Origin: Candidatus Aenigmatarchaeota archaeon
Lineage (GTDB): Archaea; Aenigmatarchaeota; Aenigmatarchaeia; CG10238-14; SCSR01
Length of the DNA: 37,489 nucleotides
Direction of reading: 5' to 3'
Assembly: GCA_043818155.1 (NCBI GenBank)
Contig: JBDRGB010000006.1
Coordinates: forward strand, 1 to 37,489
Part shown: positions 26,267 to 34,613 of the stretch, one piece after another
Numbering within the stretch: the stretch's first letter is position 1
Layout: each line of letters opens with the position of its first letter
Made by a program: the position numbers and the translations under genes
The notes under the pieces: model-generated
Databases searched by the model: none
Seen by the model: only the letters and a program-made list of their open reading frames with translations
Told to the model about the DNA's origin: nothing

Positions 26267-26704
26267 TCATATCCAGTGCCTGTACCCCATCTTGAACACT
26301 ACGACATCCTCTGCGAGGTCCCATACGATGTGCAACACCATCGCAGCGAAGAACAGCCCGACTAGGAAGTACTCCGATATCGCCACGAGCAGCGACCCGC
26401 CGAGCGCGACGAAAAACACCATGAAGTTGTGCATCTTGTACTTCCGGGGCTTGCCGTACTCCTCGACCGTGCGCAGTTTGAGATAGCCGCGTATGCCGAC
26501 GTCCATCCAAAGCGGCACGTGGTCGAAGTCCAGCACCGCAGTGCCCAGGGCAACGGCCGCCGCCTTGCCCATGTCCAGCGTCAGGCTGGGCTGCACCGCG
26601 AAGTACAGCGCCGCGGCCAGCACCACGTGCACCGCAGCGTGCACCAGCGCGTAGTTGTACCCTATTATCCTCAGTTTCGGCATGGCCAAGCCAGACACCT
26701 TCAC
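26267..26704 (-). CDS. Membrane-bound metal-dependent hydrolase (YdjM/LexA-binding-like)
   Basis: TM helices carrying H...H, DFDH, MHN and HIVWD putative metal ligands. Confidence 0.7.
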   Translation of the reverse strand: MKVSGLAMPKLRIIGYNYALVHAAVHVVLAAALYFAVQPSLTLDMGKAAAVALGTAVLDFDHVPLWMDVGIRGYLKLRTVEEYGKPRKYKMHNFMVFFVALGGSLLVAISEYFLVGLFFAAMVLHIVWDLAEDVVVFKMGYRHWI

Positions 26705-26857
26705 ACAGTTTCCGTTTTATTCCTATATCGTTTGCAGGATTTTAATCCTTCTGCGTCCCGCGGCCGTTTCGACGGCTCCGAACAAAAGCATTTTCGAAAA
26801 GCATAAAACTTTACTATAAATAGTTTTGCGATAAATTTATGCTAAGGCGATTTTTAA

Positions 26858-27448
26858 GTGGTTGCTTCGAAACTATCTGCTTCGAAGGAATTCAACATAC
26901 GGATAGAGAACATCGTCGCGTCCGCGTCTTTCGGAGTGCTCATACCGCTCGAGAAGGTCGTATCCAAGCTTGACGGCATGGAGTACGAGCCCGAGCAGTT
27001 TCCCGGCCTCGTCTATCGCATGAAGGACCCGAAGGCGGCCGCGCTCATATTCGGCAGCGGGAAGATCGTGTGCACTGGCGCGCGCAGCGTCAAGGACGTC
27101 AAGGCCGTTTTCGCGAAGGTCGTCGAGGTGGTCACGAAGTCGGGCGTGAAGGTCCCGAAGGACTTCAAGACGCAGGTCGAGAACATCGTCGCGTCCGCGA
27201 AGCTGGACGGCAACCTGAACCTCGACAAGATAGCGTTCAACCTCGAGAACTCCGAGTACGAGCCGGAGCAGTTTCCCGGACTGGTGTACAGGATGAAGGA
27301 CCCGAAGGTCGCGTTCCTGCTGTTCGGCTCTGGCAAGGTCGTGTGCACGGGCGCGCGCAGCGTCAAGGACGTCGGCATAGCCGTTACAAAAGTGTCGAAG
27401 AAGCTCAAGAGCATCGGCGCGATGGTGAAGCCGAAGCCTGTGAAGTGA
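26858..27448 (+). CDS. tbp: TATA-box-binding protein
   Basis: Two repeats of ENIVAS...EYEPEQFPGLVYR...FGSGK.VCTGA. Confidence 0.97.
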   Translation: MVASKLSASKEFNIRIENIVASASFGVLIPLEKVVSKLDGMEYEPEQFPGLVYRMKDPKAAALIFGSGKIVCTGARSVKDVKAVFAKVVEVVTKSGVKVPKDFKTQVENIVASAKLDGNLNLDKIAFNLENSEYEPEQFPGLVYRMKDPKVAFLLFGSGKVVCTGARSVKDVGIAVTKVSKKLKSIGAMVKPKPVK

Positions 27449-27460
27449 AGCGTTGGGCGG

Positions 27461-27487
27461 TTTTTGTTTTCCCCTTTCAATTTTTTT
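27461..27487 (+). terminator. Putative T-rich archaeal terminator after tbp
   Basis: TTTTTGTTTT followed by TTTTTTT within 40 nt of the stop codon. Confidence 0.55.
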
Positions 27488-27727
27488 CAGCGGAAGTGAG
27501 GTCTCGCAAGCGGCAATACCCGCCGCGCGCAAATATACATCAACCGCAGCACGCAGCGAACGCGTGTCCTCTGATAGAGGCGTGGCGCGGAAGCTGCAAA
27601 TGGCCCGCGCCCGCGATTAGCGGCCGGGCCGGCAATGCGGTTTTCCCGAACACCCACCTGTTTTGGAAATACCATAGAATTCGGTTAACGATAATAACAT
27701 CCGGACCGAAGAAGACTTTTGGAGATT

Positions 27728-30700
27728 ATGGAACGCGAAGAGCTGGTAGAAAAATTCTCGGAGTTCCTGAACGAGAGATGCATGGGCGACCTCGTCACCG
27801 CGCTCACCGAGAACAGAAAGTCCATCTCCGTAGACTTCTCGCTGCTCGACAAGTTCGACGTCGAGCTCGCGGACTACCTGATCGAGCAGCCTGAGGACGC
27901 GCTGTCCGCGGCCGAGGAGGCGATCAAGAGCATAGACACCGGCATGGTCGAGTCCAAGCTGCGCGTGCGCTTCTACAACCTGCCAGCGAGCAAGAACATC
28001 CGCATACGCAGCATACGCGCCGAGCACCTGGGCAAGATGCTGGTCGTCGACGGCGTTGTGAAGAGCGCGAGCGAGGTCCGTCCGGAGATTTCGGAGGCGG
28101 TTTTCGCATGCCCGGAGTGCGGCATGCGCATGTCCGTGATGCAGGCCGAGCGCAACATCAAGGCGCCGGACCGCTGCGAGTGCGGGTGCAAGCGCGGCTT
28201 CAGCCTGGTGGACCAGAAGATGTTCGACGTGCGCTGGGTCACGGTAGAGGAGCCGTTCGAGATAACCTCGGGCGAGCAGCCGAGCGAGCTGACCATACTC
28301 ATGAAGGAGGACCTGACGACCCCGCTGATGCAGAACCGCACAGAACCGGGCAACCGTATACTGATAACGGGCGTGCTCAAGCACGTGCCGCGGGTTTCAA
28401 GGGACGCGTCGTCGCGCATGATGGACATCTACCTCGACGCGAACCACGTCGACTCGATCGAGGTAGGGTGGGAGGAGCTGAACATCAGCCCGGACGACGA
28501 GCAGAAGATCATCGAGCTGTCGAAGGACCCGCTGCTGTACGACAAGCTCGTGGCGTCGCTCGCTCCGACCATCTACGGCCTGAACGACATCAAGGAGTCC
28601 ATCATCCTGCAGATGTTCGCGGGCGAGCAGCACGTGCTCCGCGACAAGACGCGCATACGCGGCAACCTCCATTTGTTGTTGGTCGGCGATCCGGCGTGCC
28701 TCGTCGCGGACGAGCGCATCGTGCTTGCGGACGGCACCATCATGAAGATGGCCGAGGCCGGAACGCGGCACCTGCAGAAGATAGACCTACACGTGCACAC
28801 GGGCAGCGGCCGCAACTACGGCCGGGCCGACAGGTTCCATGTGTACCGGAAGCAGCCGGTCATGGAGATCGTCACGGAAACGGGAAAGAGTATAAAGGGC
28901 TCGTACAACCAGCCGGTGCTCGTGCTCGATAACACGAGTAACGTCTGGAAGAGGCTGGACGAAATCAGGATCGGCGACAGGGTGCGGACGCTGTCGAAAA
29001 TCGAGTGCAAAATCAAGTCGCCGGTGGAGACTGGATGGAGCGACAAGGATTATTATCACAAGAAGCCAGAGTGGAAGATTAAAGTCCCCGCGCACGTCGA
29101 TGAGAAGCTGGCCGCGATATTCGGCTACGTCGTCGCGGACGGATGGGTGCAGAAGAACAGGGTCGGCTTCGTTATCAGCAAGGACGAGTCCGACATCCTC
29201 CCGGAACTGGAGTGTGCCTTCGCGGACTGCTTCGGCGCGCCAGTGTCCACGTACGTGCACAGGCGGGCCAGCAGGCGCATCGCGTACTACCAAGTGAACA
29301 GGACGCACGCGGCCGAGCTGCTTCAGTTCCTGAAGGAGAAGCGCGTGCCCGGCCTGATTTTCAAGTCCGGCAACCGTGTTGTCGCGTCGTTCCTGCGCTG
29401 GCTGTACGAAGGTGATGGCACGGCGTTCGCGAACGGCCGCGGCCGCACGTCTGTAAGCCTGCGCTCGGCCAGCATCGAGCTGCTGCGGGACGTGCAGATG
29501 CTTCTCCTGAGGTTCGGCATACATTCGCGAATCCTGTGGGACGGCAGGGGAAGCGCGTCCAAGATAGATGGCCGTGTGATAAAAGGCTATCCCAGCGGGA
29601 CGCTGATGATACGCAGGTCCGGGGACATACTACGGTTCTTCAAGAACGTCGGATTCGCGAGCGCGAAGAAGAAGGATAGGCTCGCAAAGGTCGTCGAGTA
29701 CGCCAAGGCGCACGTCCGACGCGTGCATAAGGAAAGGGCTGAGAAAATCGTGCGCATAAGCCGTCATCCGGCCGAGGACGTTTTCGACATAGAGGTGCCC
29801 GTGCACCACAGGTTCGTGGCGAACGGCATAGTCGTGCACAACACGGCAAAGTCGCAGATCATGAAGCTCGCGTCCACGATGATACCGCGCGGCAAGTATG
29901 CGTCCGGAACGGCAGTCTCGGGCGCAGGCCTTACCGCGACGGTCGTGCGCGAGGAAAAGTTCGTCGGCGGCTGGGTGCTCGAGGCGGGCGCGCTCGTGCT
30001 CGCGAACCGCTCGATTTGCGCGATCGACGAGTTCAGCCACGTGGCGCCGCATGACATGATCAAGCTGCAGGAGGCGATGTCGCTCGAGACCATCTCCATC
30101 GCGAAGGCTTCCATCGTCGCGACGCTCCCGGCGCAGACCGCCATCCTCGCGGGCGCCAACCCCAAGTTCGGACGATTCGACCCTTATATCCCGATCAAGG
30201 AGCAGCTCGATATAAACGAGGTCATGCTCAGCAGGTTCGACCTGCGGTTCGCGCTCAAGGACGTGCCCAACCCGGAAACGGACAAGAAGATAGCCGACCA
30301 CGTCCTGAAGATGCGGCACTTCGAGGAGGACGCGGCATTGCCGGCGATAGACCCCGCGTTCCTGCGCAAGTACATCGCCTACGCGCGCGCGAACGTGCAC
30401 CCGAAGCTCACGGTGGAGGCGGGCGAGAAGCTGAAGGAGTTCTACCTGGAGATGCGCGCCATGAGCGGCGAGGACTCGGCCGTCTCCATAACCGTGCGCC
30501 AGTACGACTCGCTAATACGCATGTCCGAGGCGTCGGCGAAGGTCCGGCTCAGCGAAACGGTGGACATCGAGGACGCTCAGCGCGCCATAAACCTCATGAG
30601 CCTCTCGCTGCGCCAGTTCGGGTTCGAGCCCAGCACGGGTAAGATAGACATCGACCGCGTCGAAGGGCAGCGTATGACGTCCGCGCAGCGCGGCAAGACC

Positions 30701-30886
30701 AAGATAATGATGGACGTGATAGCCGCGCTCGAGGCTGAGCTGGGCAAGGAGATGCCCAGGGACGAGCTCGTCCGGCGCGCGGCCGCCGAGGGCATAGACG
30801 ACGCCGAGGACATCTTGCGCAAGCTGCTGCAGATAGGCGACCTTTACGAGCCGAGGCAGAACGTGATCAGCCGCGTGCACGGGTAG
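27728..30886 (+). CDS. mcm: Replicative helicase MCM with one intein (about 670 aa after splicing)
   Basis: Zn finger CPECG...CECGC, Walker A GDPA|TAKS split by an intein, Walker B AIDEF, AGANP, arginine finger SRFDL, GGAG ribosome-binding site before ATG 27728. Confidence 0.97.
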   Translation: MEREELVEKFSEFLNERCMGDLVTALTENRKSISVDFSLLDKFDVELADYLIEQPEDALSAAEEAIKSIDTGMVESKLRVRFYNLPASKNIRIRSIRAEHLGKMLVVDGVVKSASEVRPEISEAVFACPECGMRMSVMQAERNIKAPDRCECGCKRGFSLVDQKMFDVRWVTVEEPFEITSGEQPSELTILMKEDLTTPLMQNRTEPGNRILITGVLKHVPRVSRDASSRMMDIYLDANHVDSIEVGWEELNISPDDEQKIIELSKDPLLYDKLVASLAPTIYGLNDIKESIILQMFAGEQHVLRDKTRIRGNLHLLLVGDPACLVADERIVLADGTIMKMAEAGTRHLQKIDLHVHTGSGRNYGRADRFHVYRKQPVMEIVTETGKSIKGSYNQPVLVLDNTSNVWKRLDEIRIGDRVRTLSKIECKIKSPVETGWSDKDYYHKKPEWKIKVPAHVDEKLAAIFGYVVADGWVQKNRVGFVISKDESDILPELECAFADCFGAPVSTYVHRRASRRIAYYQVNRTHAAELLQFLKEKRVPGLIFKSGNRVVASFLRWLYEGDGTAFANGRGRTSVSLRSASIELLRDVQMLLLRFGIHSRILWDGRGSASKIDGRVIKGYPSGTLMIRRSGDILRFFKNVGFASAKKKDRLAKVVEYAKAHVRRVHKERAEKIVRISRHPAEDVFDIEVPVHHRFVANGIVVHNTAKSQIMKLASTMIPRGKYASGTAVSGAGLTATVVREEKFVGGWVLEAGALVLANRSICAIDEFSHVAPHDMIKLQEAMSLETISIAKASIVATLPAQTAILAGANPKFGRFDPYIPIKEQLDINEVMLSRFDLRFALKDVPNPETDKKIADHVLKMRHFEEDAALPAIDPAFLRKYIAYARANVHPKLTVEAGEKLKEFYLEMRAMSGEDSAVSITVRQYDSLIRMSEASAKVRLSETVDIEDAQRAINLMSLSLRQFGFEPSTGKIDIDRVEGQRMTSAQRGKTKIMMDVIAALEAELGKEMPRDELVRRAAAEGIDDAEDILRKLLQIGDLYEPRQNVISRVHG
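28697..29842 (+). mobile_element. 382-aa intein with LAGLIDADG homing endonuclease in the MCM Walker A motif
   Basis: Begins CLVADERIVLADG and ends VFDIEV...FVANGIVVHN followed by Thr. Endonuclease motifs IFGYVVADG and FLRWLYEGDG. Confidence 0.95.
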
Positions 30887-30952
30887 CGCTACCTGCAGGC
30901 GCTGGCAAGTTAAGTCGTTTTACGGGCAATTACATTTGAGGCGTTGACCTGT

Positions 30953-31711
30953 ATGGAGTTCGAGAGCGACGCGCTGGCCGGGAAGCCGGAAAGGCTCGTT
31001 GCGGTGCGCGTGCGCGCCGCGGACATAACGAAGGCCCGCTTCTTCCCAGGCAGCCGCGAGGTCATGGAGGCAGGCTATGCCATCACTCCCCTGGCCGAGA
31101 GGGTGTCGCGTGCCAATCTGCTAGGCACAATCGTAGACAAATTCGTAAGCGACGATGCGAAGTACGCGAGCATCACGCTCGACGACGGCACGGACGCGGT
31201 GCGCGCGAAGGCCTTCGGCGAGGACGTCGGGATGTTCGAAAGCGTGAAACCCGGCAGCGCGGCTGTAGTGATCGGCAGGGTGAAGGAGTACCAGAGTGAG
31301 ACATACCTGGCGGCGGAGTCGGTGCGCGTGTTGCAGCCGGGCGAGGCGAACGAGGAAAGCATGCGCAAGCTTGAAATCCTGGACAGGCTGAACGACCAGC
31401 GCACGGTGGTGGAGGCCGTCCGGCGTGCTGCGACGGGCATGTCCGACGAGGACCTGCGCGAGTACGCGCGGCGCGTGGGCATGGACGCGGAGGCGCTGCA
31501 GGTCGTGCTCGAACATAAGGCCGAGGACCACAGGCCCCGAGTGCTGGAGGTGCTTGAACGGCTGGACGAGGGCGGCGGCGTGGACGTCATGCGGCTGTTC
31601 GAGGAACTGAAGCTGCCCGACGCCGTTGTGGAGCGTGCGGTCGACGAGCTTCTGGAGGATGGTTCGCTGTTCGAGCCGTCGCCAGGGAAATTTAAGGTAA
31701 TCAGGGGTTAA
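30953..31711 (+). CDS. RPA32-like OB-fold ssDNA-binding protein with C-terminal winged helix
   Basis: SRANLLGTIVDK...ITLDDGTDAVRAKAF...VIGRVKEY, and C-terminal LLEDGSLFEPSPG. Confidence 0.85.
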   Translation: MEFESDALAGKPERLVAVRVRAADITKARFFPGSREVMEAGYAITPLAERVSRANLLGTIVDKFVSDDAKYASITLDDGTDAVRAKAFGEDVGMFESVKPGSAAVVIGRVKEYQSETYLAAESVRVLQPGEANEESMRKLEILDRLNDQRTVVEAVRRAATGMSDEDLREYARRVGMDAEALQVVLEHKAEDHRPRVLEVLERLDEGGGVDVMRLFEELKLPDAVVERAVDELLEDGSLFEPSPGKFKVIRG

Positions 31712-31771
31712 TCTAATAAAGCACAAGTTCGAAATGAAAGCATCTGATGCATGCGAATGGGTGGTTTTCGA

Positions 31772-32182
31772 ATGGTAGACGAGTACGAGCGGCTGCTGAA
31801 GGCGGCCATGGACAGGATGCCGAGGAAGACGGCCGAGAAGAAGAGGTTCGACGTGCCGAAGGTATTGACGCTCGTGCAGGGCAACAAGACCATAATCAAG
31901 AACTTCGCGGAAATACTGGCGGCGTTCCGCCGAGACGAGCGACACGTGTCGAAGTACCTGCTCAAACAGCTGGCCACGCCCGGCACTGTGGATGCGGGCA
32001 CGCTCGTGCTGCAGCGCAAGGTCGAGCAGTCGATGATACAGCGCAAGCTCGAGGACTACATCCGCGAGTACGTCTACTGCAAGGTGTGCGGCGAGCCGGA
32101 CACGGCGCTCGTGCGCGAGGACCGTCTCGTGTTCATGAAGTGCGAGGCATGCGGGGCGCGCTCGTCGGCGAAGGAAATCTAG
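31772..32182 (+). CDS. eif2b: Translation initiation factor 2 subunit beta (aIF-2beta)
   Basis: YERLL, RFDVP, GNKTIIKNF, EYVYCKVCGEPDT, CEACGA, with a GGTGG ribosome-binding site. Confidence 0.95.
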   Translation: MVDEYERLLKAAMDRMPRKTAEKKRFDVPKVLTLVQGNKTIIKNFAEILAAFRRDERHVSKYLLKQLATPGTVDAGTLVLQRKVEQSMIQRKLEDYIREYVYCKVCGEPDTALVREDRLVFMKCEACGARSSAKEI

Positions 32183-32208
32183 ACGATAGACGGTCGATGG
32201 TGGCATTG

Positions 32209-32511
32209 ATGTTCTGGGGAAGGTTCTTCGTAGCCAAGCGCGACGTGGTGCTCGCGATGTGCGACGACGACCTGCTCGACAAGAGGATCGGCGACGGCAG
32301 GCTCCAAATCACGGTCAGCAAGCGCTTCTACGGCGAGAAGCTGATAGGGAGCGAGGCCGACGCCGTGAAGTACCTGGGCAAGTGCACAATCGGCAACATC
32401 ATCGGAAAGCGCATAGTCGCGCTCGCGGAGAAGAACGGTTTTATCACGAAGGAAAACATACTTCTTATTGGTGGGGTGCCGCATGCGCAGTTCGTCAAGC
32501 TCAAGGTCTAG
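32209..32511 (+). CDS. DUF424 family protein
   Basis: VLAMCDDDLL, VSKRFYG, GNIIG, IGGVPHAQ. This family is commonly adjacent to aIF-2beta. Confidence 0.85.
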   Translation: MFWGRFFVAKRDVVLAMCDDDLLDKRIGDGRLQITVSKRFYGEKLIGSEADAVKYLGKCTIGNIIGKRIVALAEKNGFITKENILLIGGVPHAQFVKLKV

Positions 32512-32935
32512 CCGGCCGCGGCAGAGCAACAAGGCGCAGTTCCTCGTCATAACCGCGTTCGTCATGGTCAGCATATTCTACCTGGTCAGCAAGTGGATGC
32601 AGCCGTACACCATACCGGACACCTCCGAGATAGTGCTCGCGGAGGAGCCGTTCGTGTTCAACAACGTAAAGGAGAAGGCGCTCTACCTCGTCAACACCAG
32701 CAGCAGCTGCGAGGAGCTCGTGTACAACCTGCAGGAGTTCAAGTCGTACGTGGAGGACTATGCGTTCCGCAAGCTCATCGTCTACTTCGACTACACCTTG
32801 GAGACGCCGTGCTATACGGAGGATCCGGACTTTCCCTTTCCCGTGCTCGTCCTGTTCGACATACGCGTCCAATCGCAGACCCTGAAGGCCGCTGACAAGT
32901 TCTACGGCTACTGGCCGCCTGGCACCGGGCCGTGA
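32483..32935 (+). CDS. Pilin-like protein with KAQ-type class III signal peptide
   Basis: NKAQ/FLVITAFVMVSIFYLV, with GGTGGGGTG upstream of ATG 32483 and host codon bias. Confidence 0.65.
   Translation: MRSSSSSRSSRPRQSNKAQFLVITAFVMVSIFYLVSKWMQPYTIPDTSEIVLAEEPFVFNNVKEKALYLVNTSSSCEELVYNLQEFKSYVEDYAFRKLIVYFDYTLETPCYTEDPDFPFPVLVLFDIRVQSQTLKAADKFYGYWPPGTGP
32921..32933 (+). repeat. Direct repeat, left copy (gene 3' end)
   Basis: GGCACCGGGCCGT is identical to 35447-35459, and the match is 16/17 when extended 4 nt to the left. Confidence 0.8.
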
Positions 32936-33013
32936 TGCGACTGACACATTAATTATTAGAAGGTCGTTTAATAACGAATTAATAACAATTAATAAAATAA
33001 TAGTGTGGTTGCT

Positions 33014-33442
33014 ATGCAAGAAGGATCTCTCAGCTTTGGCAAAGATTCGGTTGCCATACACCTCACAAAGGAAAATTATTGGAAGTTTTTCAGAGATTTA
33101 TTTGAAGCGCTTGGAGAGACAAGAGACTGTACGATAGACCTCGCTTACGGCACAGGCCTCACGCAGGCAGACATCTGTGATGCTGCTAATCCGTGTGTGT
33201 TTTTTGAAAAATTGGGGGTTTCGGTGGGCAAAGATTTCAAGGGAACGTTCGACTCGACGAACATAGACATGGTAACACGCAACCTCGTTGAGAAGTACGG
33301 CTGGCAGGACTGTAGGATAGAATGTAAGGATTTTTTCATAGAGCAGAATCATCACGAGTTCTTCACAGTGAGGCAGAAACCGGGGAAGGTTTTGGAGTGG
33401 GAAAAAATCTCCAAAGCAATCAGCAAAGTTTTCGAGTCTTGA
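33014..33442 (+). CDS. Hypothetical protein
   Basis: ORF behind an AT-rich promoter-like stretch. No recognisable motif, start 33005 or 33014. Confidence 0.65.
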   Translation: MQEGSLSFGKDSVAIHLTKENYWKFFRDLFEALGETRDCTIDLAYGTGLTQADICDAANPCVFFEKLGVSVGKDFKGTFDSTNIDMVTRNLVEKYGWQDCRIECKDFFIEQNHHEFFTVRQKPGKVLEWEKISKAISKVFES

Positions 33443-33448
33443 TTCGCA

Positions 33449-33868
33449 TTATTTTTTACTGCTTCCTTCTTTCTGTAGCCTGATTAATCTTTCATAGAGA
33501 GGTTCTGGCATTTCTATACCAAGCGGCCCAAACCGCTTTCTATCGAAATCTGACCCCCTTTCTCCTAGCACCCAACTTGTCATATCTATGTGAGACACTG
33601 GATGATGTGCGTCAGCTGGGTGGGTCTCGACCTTTACGCCTGTAAACCTGTCCCTAAATTCTGCACTTCTTACGAAAGCGTCAAGCGATAGACTCCCAGT
33701 GCTTACGAAAGGTTGGTGCTTAGCAAATGGGTCGAACGAAAGAACGTGACCGAGACCGGGTCTAGGCTTTAATCCGTAGTACAGCTGCATAGAGGAGGAC
33801 TCGGTTACCAGATAGGCATTGCCCAACAGTTTTTGTATGTTTGAGGAGTAAACGACTTCGGCGACCAT
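33449..33868 (-). CDS. Hypothetical protein
   Basis: AGGTGAT ribosome-binding site upstream of ATG 33868, convergent with the previous gene. Confidence 0.65.
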   Translation of the reverse strand: MVAEVVYSSNIQKLLGNAYLVTESSSMQLYYGLKPRPGLGHVLSFDPFAKHQPFVSTGSLSLDAFVRSAEFRDRFTGVKVETHPADAHHPVSHIDMTSWVLGERGSDFDRKRFGPLGIEMPEPLYERLIRLQKEGSSKK

Positions 33869-33901
33869 GGCATCACCTACTTGTTATTTGAAACAGAATG
33901 C

Positions 33902-34576
33902 TTAAAAATCACTCACATTTAGGCGTTTCAGGTAGTCTACTACGCTAGAAAATCCATTTTCTTTGAGAGGTTTCAATAAATTGTAGCCTTCTATGTAATA
34001 ATCTTTGGAAACTGTACGAGTGATACGACCAAGGATTTCTTCTTCTACCAACAAAGAAAATCCTTCGATATGAGGAATGAGCGCGGACTGTAGGTTTTTC
34101 AATCTGGACGCCTTTTCTCTATAACTCCCAAAATGTTTTTTATCAATTTCGTAGACTGGACGATTTTTAAAGAGTGATTCTATGCCCGAAGCTTCGATTT
34201 CCTTTTTTGAAAGTTTTTTAGACTGCGAGTTTGTAAGTTCCTTTTCAATAACAATTATATTTTCTATTTTTTCATCTCCGAATAACGATTTTTCCAAATC
34301 ATAGACCTCTCTGTCCAAAGTTGCGAGGGTTTGGCCGATAGGAAAATTCTCGAAAAACGACCCGTGGGCGGATTCGTGAACGTACCTCGCAAGAACTTCG
34401 TTTTCGTCCTGCACTAAAAGCACATAGCCCTCGTAACTACGAGGTAAAAACATGCCTCCTTCGCCATCGGTGACGTTCTCTAATTTATCGCAAAGGTAAA
34501 TTTTCGTTCTTTCGAGCGGAATTCCATTCTTCTTATACCACTCCAAAACCTCTTCTACCTCGATTTTCAGAGGCAT
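33902..34576 (-). CDS. Hypothetical protein with HExxH zinc-metallopeptidase-like motif
   Basis: GGMF...YVHESAHG and a downstream HIEGFS that could supply the third ligand. Confidence 0.6.
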   Translation of the reverse strand: MPLKIEVEEVLEWYKKNGIPLERTKIYLCDKLENVTDGEGGMFLPRSYEGYVLLVQDENEVLARYVHESAHGSFFENFPIGQTLATLDREVYDLEKSLFGDEKIENIIVIEKELTNSQSKKLSKKEIEASGIESLFKNRPVYEIDKKHFGSYREKASRLKNLQSALIPHIEGFSLLVEEEILGRITRTVSKDYYIEGYNLLKPLKENGFSSVVDYLKRLNVSDF

Positions 34577-34583
34577 AATTAGT

Positions 34584-34606
34584 TATTTAAAAGTGATTTT
34601 TAAATA
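34584..34606. promoter_or_regulatory. Overlapping divergent TATA boxes forming a perfect 9-bp inverted repeat
   Basis: TATTTAAAA-gtgat-TTTTAAATA lies in the 37-bp gap between ATG 34576 (-) and ATG 34614 (+), each box about 25 nt from its ATG. Confidence 0.65.
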
Positions 34607-34613
34607 CTCGTTC

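Noticed and set aside
25178-26279. Possible large BHB intron enclosing the whole LAGLIDADG gene (CA-CUGG-AUA-UGAUU pairing with GAUUA-CCGG-GAU-UG)
   Set aside because: The pairing relies on several G-U pairs, and the predicted ligation gives GFDEAG with no in-frame start codon for rnhB. Probably chance, though it is testable with the same RT-PCR.
31747-32196. N-terminal part of the 254-aa ORF 31747-32511
   Set aside because: It is an alternate frame over aIF-2beta. Only the DUF424 portion is supported.
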